The notes under the pieces: generated by a model
What the model was told of the DNA's origin: nothing
The model's input: only the letters and a program-made list of their open reading frames with translations
The model's database searches: none
Part shown: positions 57,248 through 64,000 of the stretch, in pieces
How the letters are laid out: every line of letters begins with the position of its first letter
Numbering within the stretch: position 1 is the stretch's first letter
Position numbers and translations under genes: made by a program
Assembly: GCA_002390675.1 (NCBI GenBank)
Contig: DGPZ01000019.1
Coordinates: 6,795 to 70,794, forward strand
Reading direction: 5' to 3'
From: Deltaproteobacteria bacterium UBA4427
Lineage (GTDB): Bacteria > Myxococcota_A > UBA9160 > UBA4427
Length of the DNA stretch: 64,000 bases

Positions 57248-59019
57248 GTGCTCCGCCTTCACCGCCTTCAGCACAGAATGAACGCAGCGAAGCGCGAGGC
57301 GAGAGCCTTGACCTCGGCGACATTCTAGTACGTGAGACACGCCTATCGCCGGAGCAGCTCGAGCAAGCCCGGTTACGGCAGATCGAAAGCCATGAGCGCC
57401 TTGGAGATGTCCTCGTAGAGGAAGGCTTCCTGAACGCGGATGAAGTACTTCACGCCTTAGGCCACCAGCAAGGACTCGAGGTCGTCGCCGCGATCGACCC
57501 CAGCGAGGTAAATGAATCCCTGCTCAGCGCCGTGCCGATTACGTTCGCTAAGCAGCATCGCGTCCTACCCCTCGCGTGGGTAAGCGAAGGCGTGCTCCGC
57601 GTCGCTGTCGCCGACCCACTCGAAGTCTCCCCACTCGACGACCTGCACCTGTTATTCGATGGCGCCGAGATCGAAGTCGTCCTGGCCCGAGAACCGGTGA
57701 TCCTGAATGCGATAAACCTCGCCTATGACCGGGGTACGCACTCCACCGACCAGCTCGCCGAGGAAGCAGAAGACGACCTCGACGCCCTCGGAAGTGAGCT
57801 CTCCCACACTCCTAAGGACCTACTCGAGTCAACGGATGACGCGCCGATTATTCGGCTCGTGAATTCAATGATGCAGCACGCCGTAAAAGAGCGCGCGAGC
57901 GATATCCACATCGAGCCTTTCGAGCACGAGATTCGCGTCCGCTTCCGCATCGACGATGTCCTCTACGAACCGATGAAGCCGCTGCCCCGTGCTTTGCAAG
58001 CCGCCATCGCTTCACGCATTAAGATCATGGGCAACCTTGATATCGCGGAGAAGCGCTTGCCCCAGGATGGGCGCATCCGTCTGAAGATTGCAGGACGCAA
58101 CTACGATGTGCGTCTCTCAACGGTCCCCGTCGCCCACGGCGAGCGCCTCGTACTTCGCCTCCTGCCAGACACGCAGGAGCTGCTCGATCTAAGCAAGATC
58201 GGCTTCAACGATACTCAGCTCCTAGCACTCGATCGCATTATCAGACGGCCTAACGGCATCTTCCTCGTCACGGGCCCGACGGGCTCCGGTAAGACGACCA
58301 CGCTGCACGCAGCGCTGCACTCTATCAACGGGCCGGACAAGAACATCATCACGATCGAGGATCCGGTTGAAATTACCCAAGAAGGCGTCGGGCAGATCGA
58401 GGTCAACCCGAAAATCAGGCTGACCTTCGCCACCGGACTACGCGCGGTGCTTCGCCAGGATCCGAACGTCGTGCTCGTCGGGGAAATTCGAGATGTCGAA
58501 ACCGCCGAGATCGCGATCCAGGCTTCGCTGACCGGTCACTTCGTGCTCTCGACACTACATACTAATGATGCAGCTAGTGCCCTGACACGCCTTGTCGACA
58601 TGGGAGTGGAACCGTTCCTCGTGGGGTCTTCCCTCGTTGCGGTCCTCGCCCAGCGCCTCGTCCGTGTGCTCTGTTTAGAGTGCAAAGAGGCCTACACAAC
58701 GACCGACGAAGAGCTGCGCGAGATCGGGTTCAAGCCGCCCGGCCGCCCTGTCACGCTCTATCGAGCCAAGGGTTGCCCGACCTGCAAGAGCACTGGGTAC
58801 CGCGGACGACTTGGCATCTTCGAGCTCATGGCGATCGATGACGAAATTCGCGGACTCGTGAGCAAGAACGTTGACGCGAAAACAATTAAGGCGGCGGCCA
58901 CACGTAAGGGCATGGGAACCCTGCGTGCGGACGGAGCTCGCAAAGTGTTATCGGGCATCACCTCCGTGTCGGAAGTCATTCGCGCCACGGAAGAAGAAGG
59001 AGCCGCAGCGCAGGTGTGA
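57244..59019 (+). CDS. gspE: Type II secretion system ATPase GspE
   Basis: Walker A GPTGSGKTT, Asp/His boxes, and tetracysteine CLECKE..CPTC. The GTG at 57244 overlaps the gspD stop (GTGA); the longest ORF starts at 57160. Confidence 0.92.
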   Translation: MSAPPSPPSAQNERSEARGESLDLGDILVRETRLSPEQLEQARLRQIESHERLGDVLVEEGFLNADEVLHALGHQQGLEVVAAIDPSEVNESLLSAVPITFAKQHRVLPLAWVSEGVLRVAVADPLEVSPLDDLHLLFDGAEIEVVLAREPVILNAINLAYDRGTHSTDQLAEEAEDDLDALGSELSHTPKDLLESTDDAPIIRLVNSMMQHAVKERASDIHIEPFEHEIRVRFRIDDVLYEPMKPLPRALQAAIASRIKIMGNLDIAEKRLPQDGRIRLKIAGRNYDVRLSTVPVAHGERLVLRLLPDTQELLDLSKIGFNDTQLLALDRIIRRPNGIFLVTGPTGSGKTTTLHAALHSINGPDKNIITIEDPVEITQEGVGQIEVNPKIRLTFATGLRAVLRQDPNVVLVGEIRDVETAEIAIQASLTGHFVLSTLHTNDAASALTRLVDMGVEPFLVGSSLVAVLAQRLVRVLCLECKEAYTTTDEELREIGFKPPGRPVTLYRAKGCPTCKSTGYRGRLGIFELMAIDDEIRGLVSKNVDAKTIKAAATRKGMGTLRADGARKVLSGITSVSEVIRATEEEGAAAQV

Positions 59020-59143
59020 CGCTCGCCAAGAGTTCGACCGAGTCGCGCTCCGACACGATTAACGATGATCGACTAATCACTAACAACACCTATTTGATCA
59101 GCCATCTGATCGCAGAGCAAGCTGGGAATCACGGAGAACTAAG

Positions 59144-60379
59144 GTGCCGGTCTACGCCTACAAAGGGGTGAACCAAGCGGGCAAGGCGAACAAGGGGACG
59201 GTCAGCGCGGACAGCGCTCGATCGGCGCGTGCGCAGATGCGCGCGAACGGTATTTTCCTGACCGAAATCGCCGAAACCGATGCAGGCGCCAGCACTACGC
59301 CCAAATCTGGCGGCAGCCGGTTCAACGTAGAGTTCAATCTCCCGACGCGGATACCGCCTATGGAACGCTCTATGGCGACGAGGCAGTTGTCCACACTCGT
59401 CTCCGCCGGCGTGCCGCTCGTGGAAGCGCTTAACGCCCTCGTCGACCAGACGGAACATCGTGGCCTTAAGGGCGTCTTCGCTCATGTCCGAGATAAAGTG
59501 AATGAAGGCAGCTCTCTCGCAGACGCACTCGTCACGACCGGCAAATTCGACAACCTTTACGTGTCGATGGTCCGCGCCGGCGAAGCGTCGGGCGCGCTAG
59601 AAGCTGTCCTGGATCGAATCGCCGACTATCTCGAGGACCAGGTTCGACTGAACAACCGCGTCCTTTCCATCCTCACCTATCCACTCTTCATGTTGCTCTT
59701 CGCGGTCGTTGTAGTCGGCGTGATGGTCACCCTCGTCCTCCCGCAGATCACAGAACTGCTCCTCGCCCAAGACCTAGAACTGCCCTGGTACACCGTCATG
59801 GTAATCGGCAGCTCTGACTTCTTACGCGGCTATTGGTGGCTTCTCATTCTGCTCGGCATCGCACTCGGCTACGGATACCGCGCGGTCGCGCGCACCGAAG
59901 GGGGCCGAAGCACCCTCGACCATTTCTGGCTCCGCTTCCCCGTGATCGGGCGTGTGATTCGCTTTCTCGCGATCGCCCGCTTCACTCGAACCATGGGATC
60001 ACTCCTCGCCAGTAGCGTCAATATCGTCGAAGCCCTCAATATTGCCAGACACGTGTCGAATAACGCAGTATTCGAGGCCGCGGCGGATACCGCTCGCGAG
60101 AGCATCCTTGAGGGTTCCCCCCTCGCCGTCCCGCTCAAGGCATGCGGCCAGTTCCCGCCCATGGTGACCACCATGGTCGAGGTAGGAGAGCGCTCTGGAG
60201 ACCTCGAGGGCATGCTGATCAAGGTCGCGGATACCTACGAGGAACAGGTCGAAACCAGCGTATCCCGACTCACGTCCCTCATGGAACCCGTTCTCATCTT
60301 GGTCATGGTGGGCGTCGTCGGCATCATCATAATGGCCGTCCTTATGCCAATGCTTCAATTGACGGAGAACGTGGGTTAG
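59144..60379 (+). CDS. gspF: Type II secretion system inner-membrane platform protein GspF
   Basis: Duplicated T2SSF domains, three TM segments, typical N-terminus PVYAYKGVNQAGK. Confidence 0.92.
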   Translation: MPVYAYKGVNQAGKANKGTVSADSARSARAQMRANGIFLTEIAETDAGASTTPKSGGSRFNVEFNLPTRIPPMERSMATRQLSTLVSAGVPLVEALNALVDQTEHRGLKGVFAHVRDKVNEGSSLADALVTTGKFDNLYVSMVRAGEASGALEAVLDRIADYLEDQVRLNNRVLSILTYPLFMLLFAVVVVGVMVTLVLPQITELLLAQDLELPWYTVMVIGSSDFLRGYWWLLILLGIALGYGYRAVARTEGGRSTLDHFWLRFPVIGRVIRFLAIARFTRTMGSLLASSVNIVEALNIARHVSNNAVFEAAADTARESILEGSPLAVPLKACGQFPPMVTTMVEVGERSGDLEGMLIKVADTYEEQVETSVSRLTSLMEPVLILVMVGVVGIIIMAVLMPMLQLTENVG

Positions 60380-60540
60380 AACCATTTGACCTCGACTAAC
60401 CTCATAGTCCCGGACGGCCGAAGAAAGAAATCGTACCCACCCGAATTTCCCGGCCCTTGCCGGGTAGCCAGAGAGATCCGATGACCGACTTTTATACCTC
60501 CGCTTCTTCTTCATATTCGAGCCCTTCCGTCTCCGCGCAT

Positions 60541-61020
60541 ATGCGTGAGGTGCCGTTTCCCGAGGCGCAACGCAATGCTCGACGTCACACGCGAGGCAGT
60601 GCGGGCTTCACCCTGATCGAGATCATGGCCGTCGTCGTGATCATGGGCATGCTGATGGCGACCCTCGCGGTTGGGATCAGTGGGCAGCTTGACCGCGCAA
60701 CAATCGCCAACACAAAAACGCAGATCAACCGCATCGAGCAGGCCCTTGAGTTCTACAAGCTGGACAACAAGCGATTCCCGAACGCCGATCAAGGCCTCGA
60801 CGCCCTGCTCCGCCAGCCGACTGCGCCCCCAGTTCCTAAGAGCTACAACCCTGCTGGGTACATAAAGAGGGAGGCACTCCTAGATGCGTGGGACATGCCA
60901 TTCCAGTATCGGATCCCTGGCTCTCATAACCCGTACACCTTTGACATCTGGTCCTATGGTCCGGACGGCGTCGAAGGCGGTGACGACATCAAGAATTGGT
61001 CGGATGAAGGCGACGCCTAA
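60541..61020 (+). CDS. gspG: Type II secretion major pseudopilin GspG
   Basis: G|FTLIEIMAVVVIMG prepilin motif and the GspG core YKLDNKRFPNADQGLDAL..DAWDMPFQY..SYGPDGVEGGDDI. The longest ORF starts at 60457. Confidence 0.9.
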   Translation: MREVPFPEAQRNARRHTRGSAGFTLIEIMAVVVIMGMLMATLAVGISGQLDRATIANTKTQINRIEQALEFYKLDNKRFPNADQGLDALLRQPTAPPVPKSYNPAGYIKREALLDAWDMPFQYRIPGSHNPYTFDIWSYGPDGVEGGDDIKNWSDEGDA

Positions 61021-61636
61021 TATACGTCGAGCTGGCTTCACGCTGATCGAGATCATGGCGGTCGTCGCCATCATGATGATGGTCACGGTCGTCGGGCTCC
61101 CTCGCATCGGGAATAACGCCTGGGATCCCCTCGAAGACGAGGCCGAGAATATCGCCCAGACGCTTCGCTTCGCTCGCCAACGAGCAATCATGACCGGCAA
61201 GCCCCATCGCCTCTTGATCGACCTTGAAGAAGGCGGCTATCAAATTGAATGGATGGTCACCGATGATCGCGCGTTAGGTGAGTCTTCGGGTGGCGACTTC
61301 GCGGGTGCACTCTTCGGTGGCGACGGCGGTAATAATGCCGACGACGAAGGCGTTATCGACTTTACGCCCCCGCGTAAAGCCGAACGTGACTACTACCCGA
61401 TCCCCCATCGACGGATGGGGACATTCCATTGGCTCGACGATTCACTCTTCTTTGTCGGCATCGAAAGCGATGCAGGCTGGGCCGAGGGTGGCGACTACGC
61501 GATCGTCTTCCATGTCGATGGCACGACCGATTCCGCGCTCGTTGAACTCTCAGACGCCGAAGATCACCATCTAACGTTGGCGATCGAACCGATCCTGCAA
61601 CATGTCCGCCTATTTAAAGGTGGCGCACGGTCGTGA
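61004..61636 (+). CDS. gspH: Type II secretion minor pseudopilin (GspH-like)
   Basis: MKATPNIRRAG|FTLIEIMAVV, and its position after gspG. Confidence 0.7.
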   Translation: MKATPNIRRAGFTLIEIMAVVAIMMMVTVVGLPRIGNNAWDPLEDEAENIAQTLRFARQRAIMTGKPHRLLIDLEEGGYQIEWMVTDDRALGESSGGDFAGALFGGDGGNNADDEGVIDFTPPRKAERDYYPIPHRRMGTFHWLDDSLFFVGIESDAGWAEGGDYAIVFHVDGTTDSALVELSDAEDHHLTLAIEPILQHVRLFKGGARS

Positions 61637-62295
61637 TAAGCAGCCTCACGAGAAACGACCCCGCTCGCCCCCTGACCCGTCACCAAGCCCTGGGAGGCTT
61701 CACGCTTCTTGAGGTTCTTGCCGCCGTGATGATCTTCGCGACTGTGGTAACGATCTTAATTGGATCCAGCTCTGAAACGATCCATAGAGCCCAGATCTCA
61801 CGGGATCGACTTCAAGCGAGTGAGATCGCAGACCGTGAGATGGCGATGCTCGAAGCTATTCTCAGTCAGCAGGAGGCCCTTCCCGAAGACAAAGAAGAAC
61901 TCGGCGAAGAGTTCATGGTGCAAATGTGGTCCGAACCTGCGCTCGAATCTCTTGGCGGTGGCGGTGGACGTGGGGGCAATTTTTCCGGTGACGCAGTCCA
62001 AGCACTCGCGAACGGAGATCAAGGCGCCGTTGGGATCGGCCCGCTGATGGCTGCGCAAGTCCCAGGTATCGACGTATTTCTTCGTCGCTATGAGATCCGC
62101 GTCGAATGGACCGACGGAGCGGTTGTCGATAGTGTGCGGCGCACCACTTTTGCATTCGATTGGGAAGCTGCACGCGAAGCCCTTCCAGAGCTCTTCAAGG
62201 AAAACGGGGCGGAAGGCATTCCTGAAGGCGGGCTGGACGCGAACACGTTAGGCCAAGACGCAAAGGCACTGCTTCAGCAGTTACCGGGGGGGTGA
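61633..62295 (+). CDS. gspI: Type II secretion minor pseudopilin (GspI-like) with a Gly-rich insertion
   Basis: GG|FTLLEVLAAVMIFA, and its position. GTGA/ATGA-type overlaps with both neighbours. Confidence 0.65.
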   Translation: MISSLTRNDPARPLTRHQALGGFTLLEVLAAVMIFATVVTILIGSSSETIHRAQISRDRLQASEIADREMAMLEAILSQQEALPEDKEELGEEFMVQMWSEPALESLGGGGGRGGNFSGDAVQALANGDQGAVGIGPLMAAQVPGIDVFLRRYEIRVEWTDGAVVDSVRRTTFAFDWEAAREALPELFKENGAEGIPEGGLDANTLGQDAKALLQQLPGG

Positions 62296-63353
62296 TCGTG
62301 CGAAATCCCCTGCGACAAACCTCGTCCCTCGGCGAACCGCGCGAGGTTCCCGCGAAGAATGAGCGAACCTCGTATGACCGTTCGCCTGGCCACGCCATGG
62401 GCTTCACGCTTATCGAAGTCGTTGCTGCCTTCTTCCTAACGACGGTCGTGCTCTTCTTCGTGACCGGCATCTTCAGTGAAAACGCGAAACAGCGCAGCGC
62501 AGCGGCGGAGTTACTTCGCGTAGAGACGACGGCGTCTGCGGCCCTCGACTTGATCGCACAAGATCTTGAAGGGACCGTATTCGTCACGCGCCCATCCGGC
62601 AGTGATCCGAGAAGCCATCCGTGGCGCTTCCTCGGGGAGGGATCGGGAGAGTTAGGCGCAAGTTTCGTGCGCTTCCAAACTCAGAATGTGCCCCGTGGAA
62701 ACCTCGGTGAGAACGCGTCGACCTGGGTCGATATCGCGTATTTCGTCACCGAGGAGGAAGCGGACGAAGACAGCGAAACAGAAGGACCGAGCTACACGCT
62801 CTGGCGGTGGAGATCGTCGCGGCCTCCGAGCGAAGCCGCGCAACGCGATCCCGATCCAGATGATCCCGCGTCCGCACGAGTCGCCGAAGGCCTTGCCGCA
62901 TTCGGCGTCCGCTTCGTCGATCCCGAAGGCGGCGTCGTCGACGATTGGGATTCGGCCTTCGCTCCGGATGATGCACCGATCCCGATGGGCGTGGAGATCA
63001 ATCTCATGCTCCATAGGCTTGCCCGTGAAGGCGAGACCGATTCCGGTGCACTTCTCATTCCTGGACGACTGCACGAACGCGTCGTCACGCTCGCTATGCA
63101 TCGACCGATCGACCTCGACGTACTGATCAGCTTGGCCTCAAATTCAGACGGCGACCCGACCTGTGGCACGATCGCCGACTGCGCGGATTTCGGAGACGAA
63201 TGGTTCGTCGACCTGCGCACGAGCGAATGCGACGGAGACGAGGAGCTCTGTAGCTTGCTTAACGCCTCAGCTGAGACCTGCTGGAGTGCGGTCGAAAAAG
63301 ACTGGCCATCCATAGCGAACGAAGCCGCCGCCGAATGCGAGGACCTCCTATGA
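62292..63353 (+). CDS. gspJ: Type II secretion minor pseudopilin (GspJ-like) with a Cys-rich C-terminal extension
   Basis: MG|FTLIEVVAAFFL, its position, and six Cys in the last ~70 aa. Confidence 0.65.
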   Translation: MIVRNPLRQTSSLGEPREVPAKNERTSYDRSPGHAMGFTLIEVVAAFFLTTVVLFFVTGIFSENAKQRSAAAELLRVETTASAALDLIAQDLEGTVFVTRPSGSDPRSHPWRFLGEGSGELGASFVRFQTQNVPRGNLGENASTWVDIAYFVTEEEADEDSETEGPSYTLWRWRSSRPPSEAAQRDPDPDDPASARVAEGLAAFGVRFVDPEGGVVDDWDSAFAPDDAPIPMGVEINLMLHRLAREGETDSGALLIPGRLHERVVTLAMHRPIDLDVLISLASNSDGDPTCGTIADCADFGDEWFVDLRTSECDGDEELCSLLNASAETCWSAVEKDWPSIANEAAAECEDLL

Positions 63354-64000
63354 GTCGCCCTCTTCGCTCTGGCTACCTACCGAATGTGCAACGCACTCGG
63401 CGTTCGGAACGAGGCATCGTGCTCGCAATCGTCCTCGTCATGATTTTCGCGCTCGTCACCGCCGTCTATGCATTTCAACATCGCGCCATCATCGACAACA
63501 CCATTGCTGCCAACCGACTCGAATCAGCCGAAGCGGATGCCCTCGCCAAAGGCGGTCTTCGCCTTGCCGAAGTCATCGTCATGATCGTCCGCGCGAAGTA
63601 TGTTCAAGGCGACGCCGGGAGCAGTGGCCTCGGTGAACAAGACCTCCCCGGCAAAAGCAATACAACGCCGGAGCTCAGCCTTGGCAACGTTGAAGGTGGC
63701 GAAGCCGCTGCCGCGGACGCCTTATGGCAAGGCATCGGCGGCGCTCCGATCGACATCGATGACGAGCGGCGACTCCGAATCGACATTGAAGACGAAGGCG
63801 CCAAGCTTAACCTCAATGCGCTCGTTCCTGCGAGGCCCGCGGAGGAAGACTTAGGCGGAGGTGTTGGTAGAGGTAACGGATCGGATTCAGAAGGACGAGA
63901 TGACGATGACGAGCCTTCGCTTTCGGACCGGGATGACGGAGAGGGATCGAGTGCGAGCGAGGAAGCGGTCGAGTATCTGACCGCGGTCATCGAATACGTC
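63350..64000 (+). CDS. gspK: Type II secretion minor pseudopilin GspK, 3'-truncated by the window edge
   Basis: Hand translation is open from ATG 63350 to the window end: ERGIVLAIVLVMIFALV (no Glu+5) and RIDIEDEGAKLNLNAL (GspK signature). It is not in the ORF track because no stop is reached. Confidence 0.75.
   Translation, partial: MSRPLRSGYLPNVQRTRRSERGIVLAIVLVMIFALVTAVYAFQHRAIIDNTIAANRLESAEADALAKGGLRLAEVIVMIVRAKYVQGDAGSSGLGEQDLPGKSNTTPELSLGNVEGGEAAAADALWQGIGGAPIDIDDERRLRIDIEDEGAKLNLNALVPARPAEEDLGGGVGRGNGSDSEGRDDDDEPSLSDRDDGEGSSASEEAVEYLTAVIEYV

Noticed and set aside
53853-64000. Whether the secretion cluster is a type IV pilus system rather than a T2SS.
   Set aside because: It has a GspC with a PDZ domain, a GspG-type core (not PilA-like), the GspH-I-J-K order and the DEGAKLNLN GspK signature. 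PilM/N/O/P, PilT and AMIN domains are absent. All of this supports a T2SS.

Overview
High-GC (about 60%) bacterial chromosomal segment that is densely coding, with no CRISPR array, rRNA, transposase or integrase visible. By inference it is Myxococcota/Bdellovibrio-like: it has an MglA-family GTPase, a RomR-like response regulator, two Lon paralogs and many acidic low-complexity protein tails.

Gene order:
- Partial fliA-type sigma factor, then a decayed PP2C phosphatase pseudogene.
- RomR-like receiver protein.
- nadC-birA-coaX cofactor genes.
- A translationally coupled three-gene module: helical-repeat protein, MglA-like GTPase with natural R53P/Q82A-equivalent substitutions, and a multi-GAF protein with a degenerate GGDEF domain but an intact I-site.
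- A WS/DGAT gene relic, then sat.
- TolB-like lipoprotein coupled to a JAMM peptidase, then an Rrf2 regulator.
- ABC-F ATPase, RNase R, tRNA-Leu(CAG), a crotonase and an aldo/keto reductase.
- lon (first copy).
- A glycan cluster (GT4, DegT aminotransferase, phosphoglycosyl transferase, GT-C, GT81-like), followed by a PilZ gene.
- A coupled pair of apparent pseudoenzymes: an S45 acylase-like protein without its Ser nucleophile, and a Y-family polymerase-like protein without its catalytic carboxylates.
- pgk-tpiA-secG-tRNA-Leu(GAG).
- A TetR-controlled neutral-lipid locus with two WS/DGAT paralogs (one degenerate) and an alpha/beta hydrolase.
- dsbA-like gene, flavin reductase, ubiB and an ompA-like gene.
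- lon (second copy), hsp20 and dnaK.
- A type II secretion operon gspC-D-E-F-G-H-I-J-K, running off the 3' end of the window, whose secretin carries a C-terminal SPOR domain.

The most interesting candidate system is the RomR-like protein plus the MglA-paralog / degenerate-GGDEF module at 1.3-11.3 kb. All calls come from reading the supplied translations and the DNA. No database search was run.
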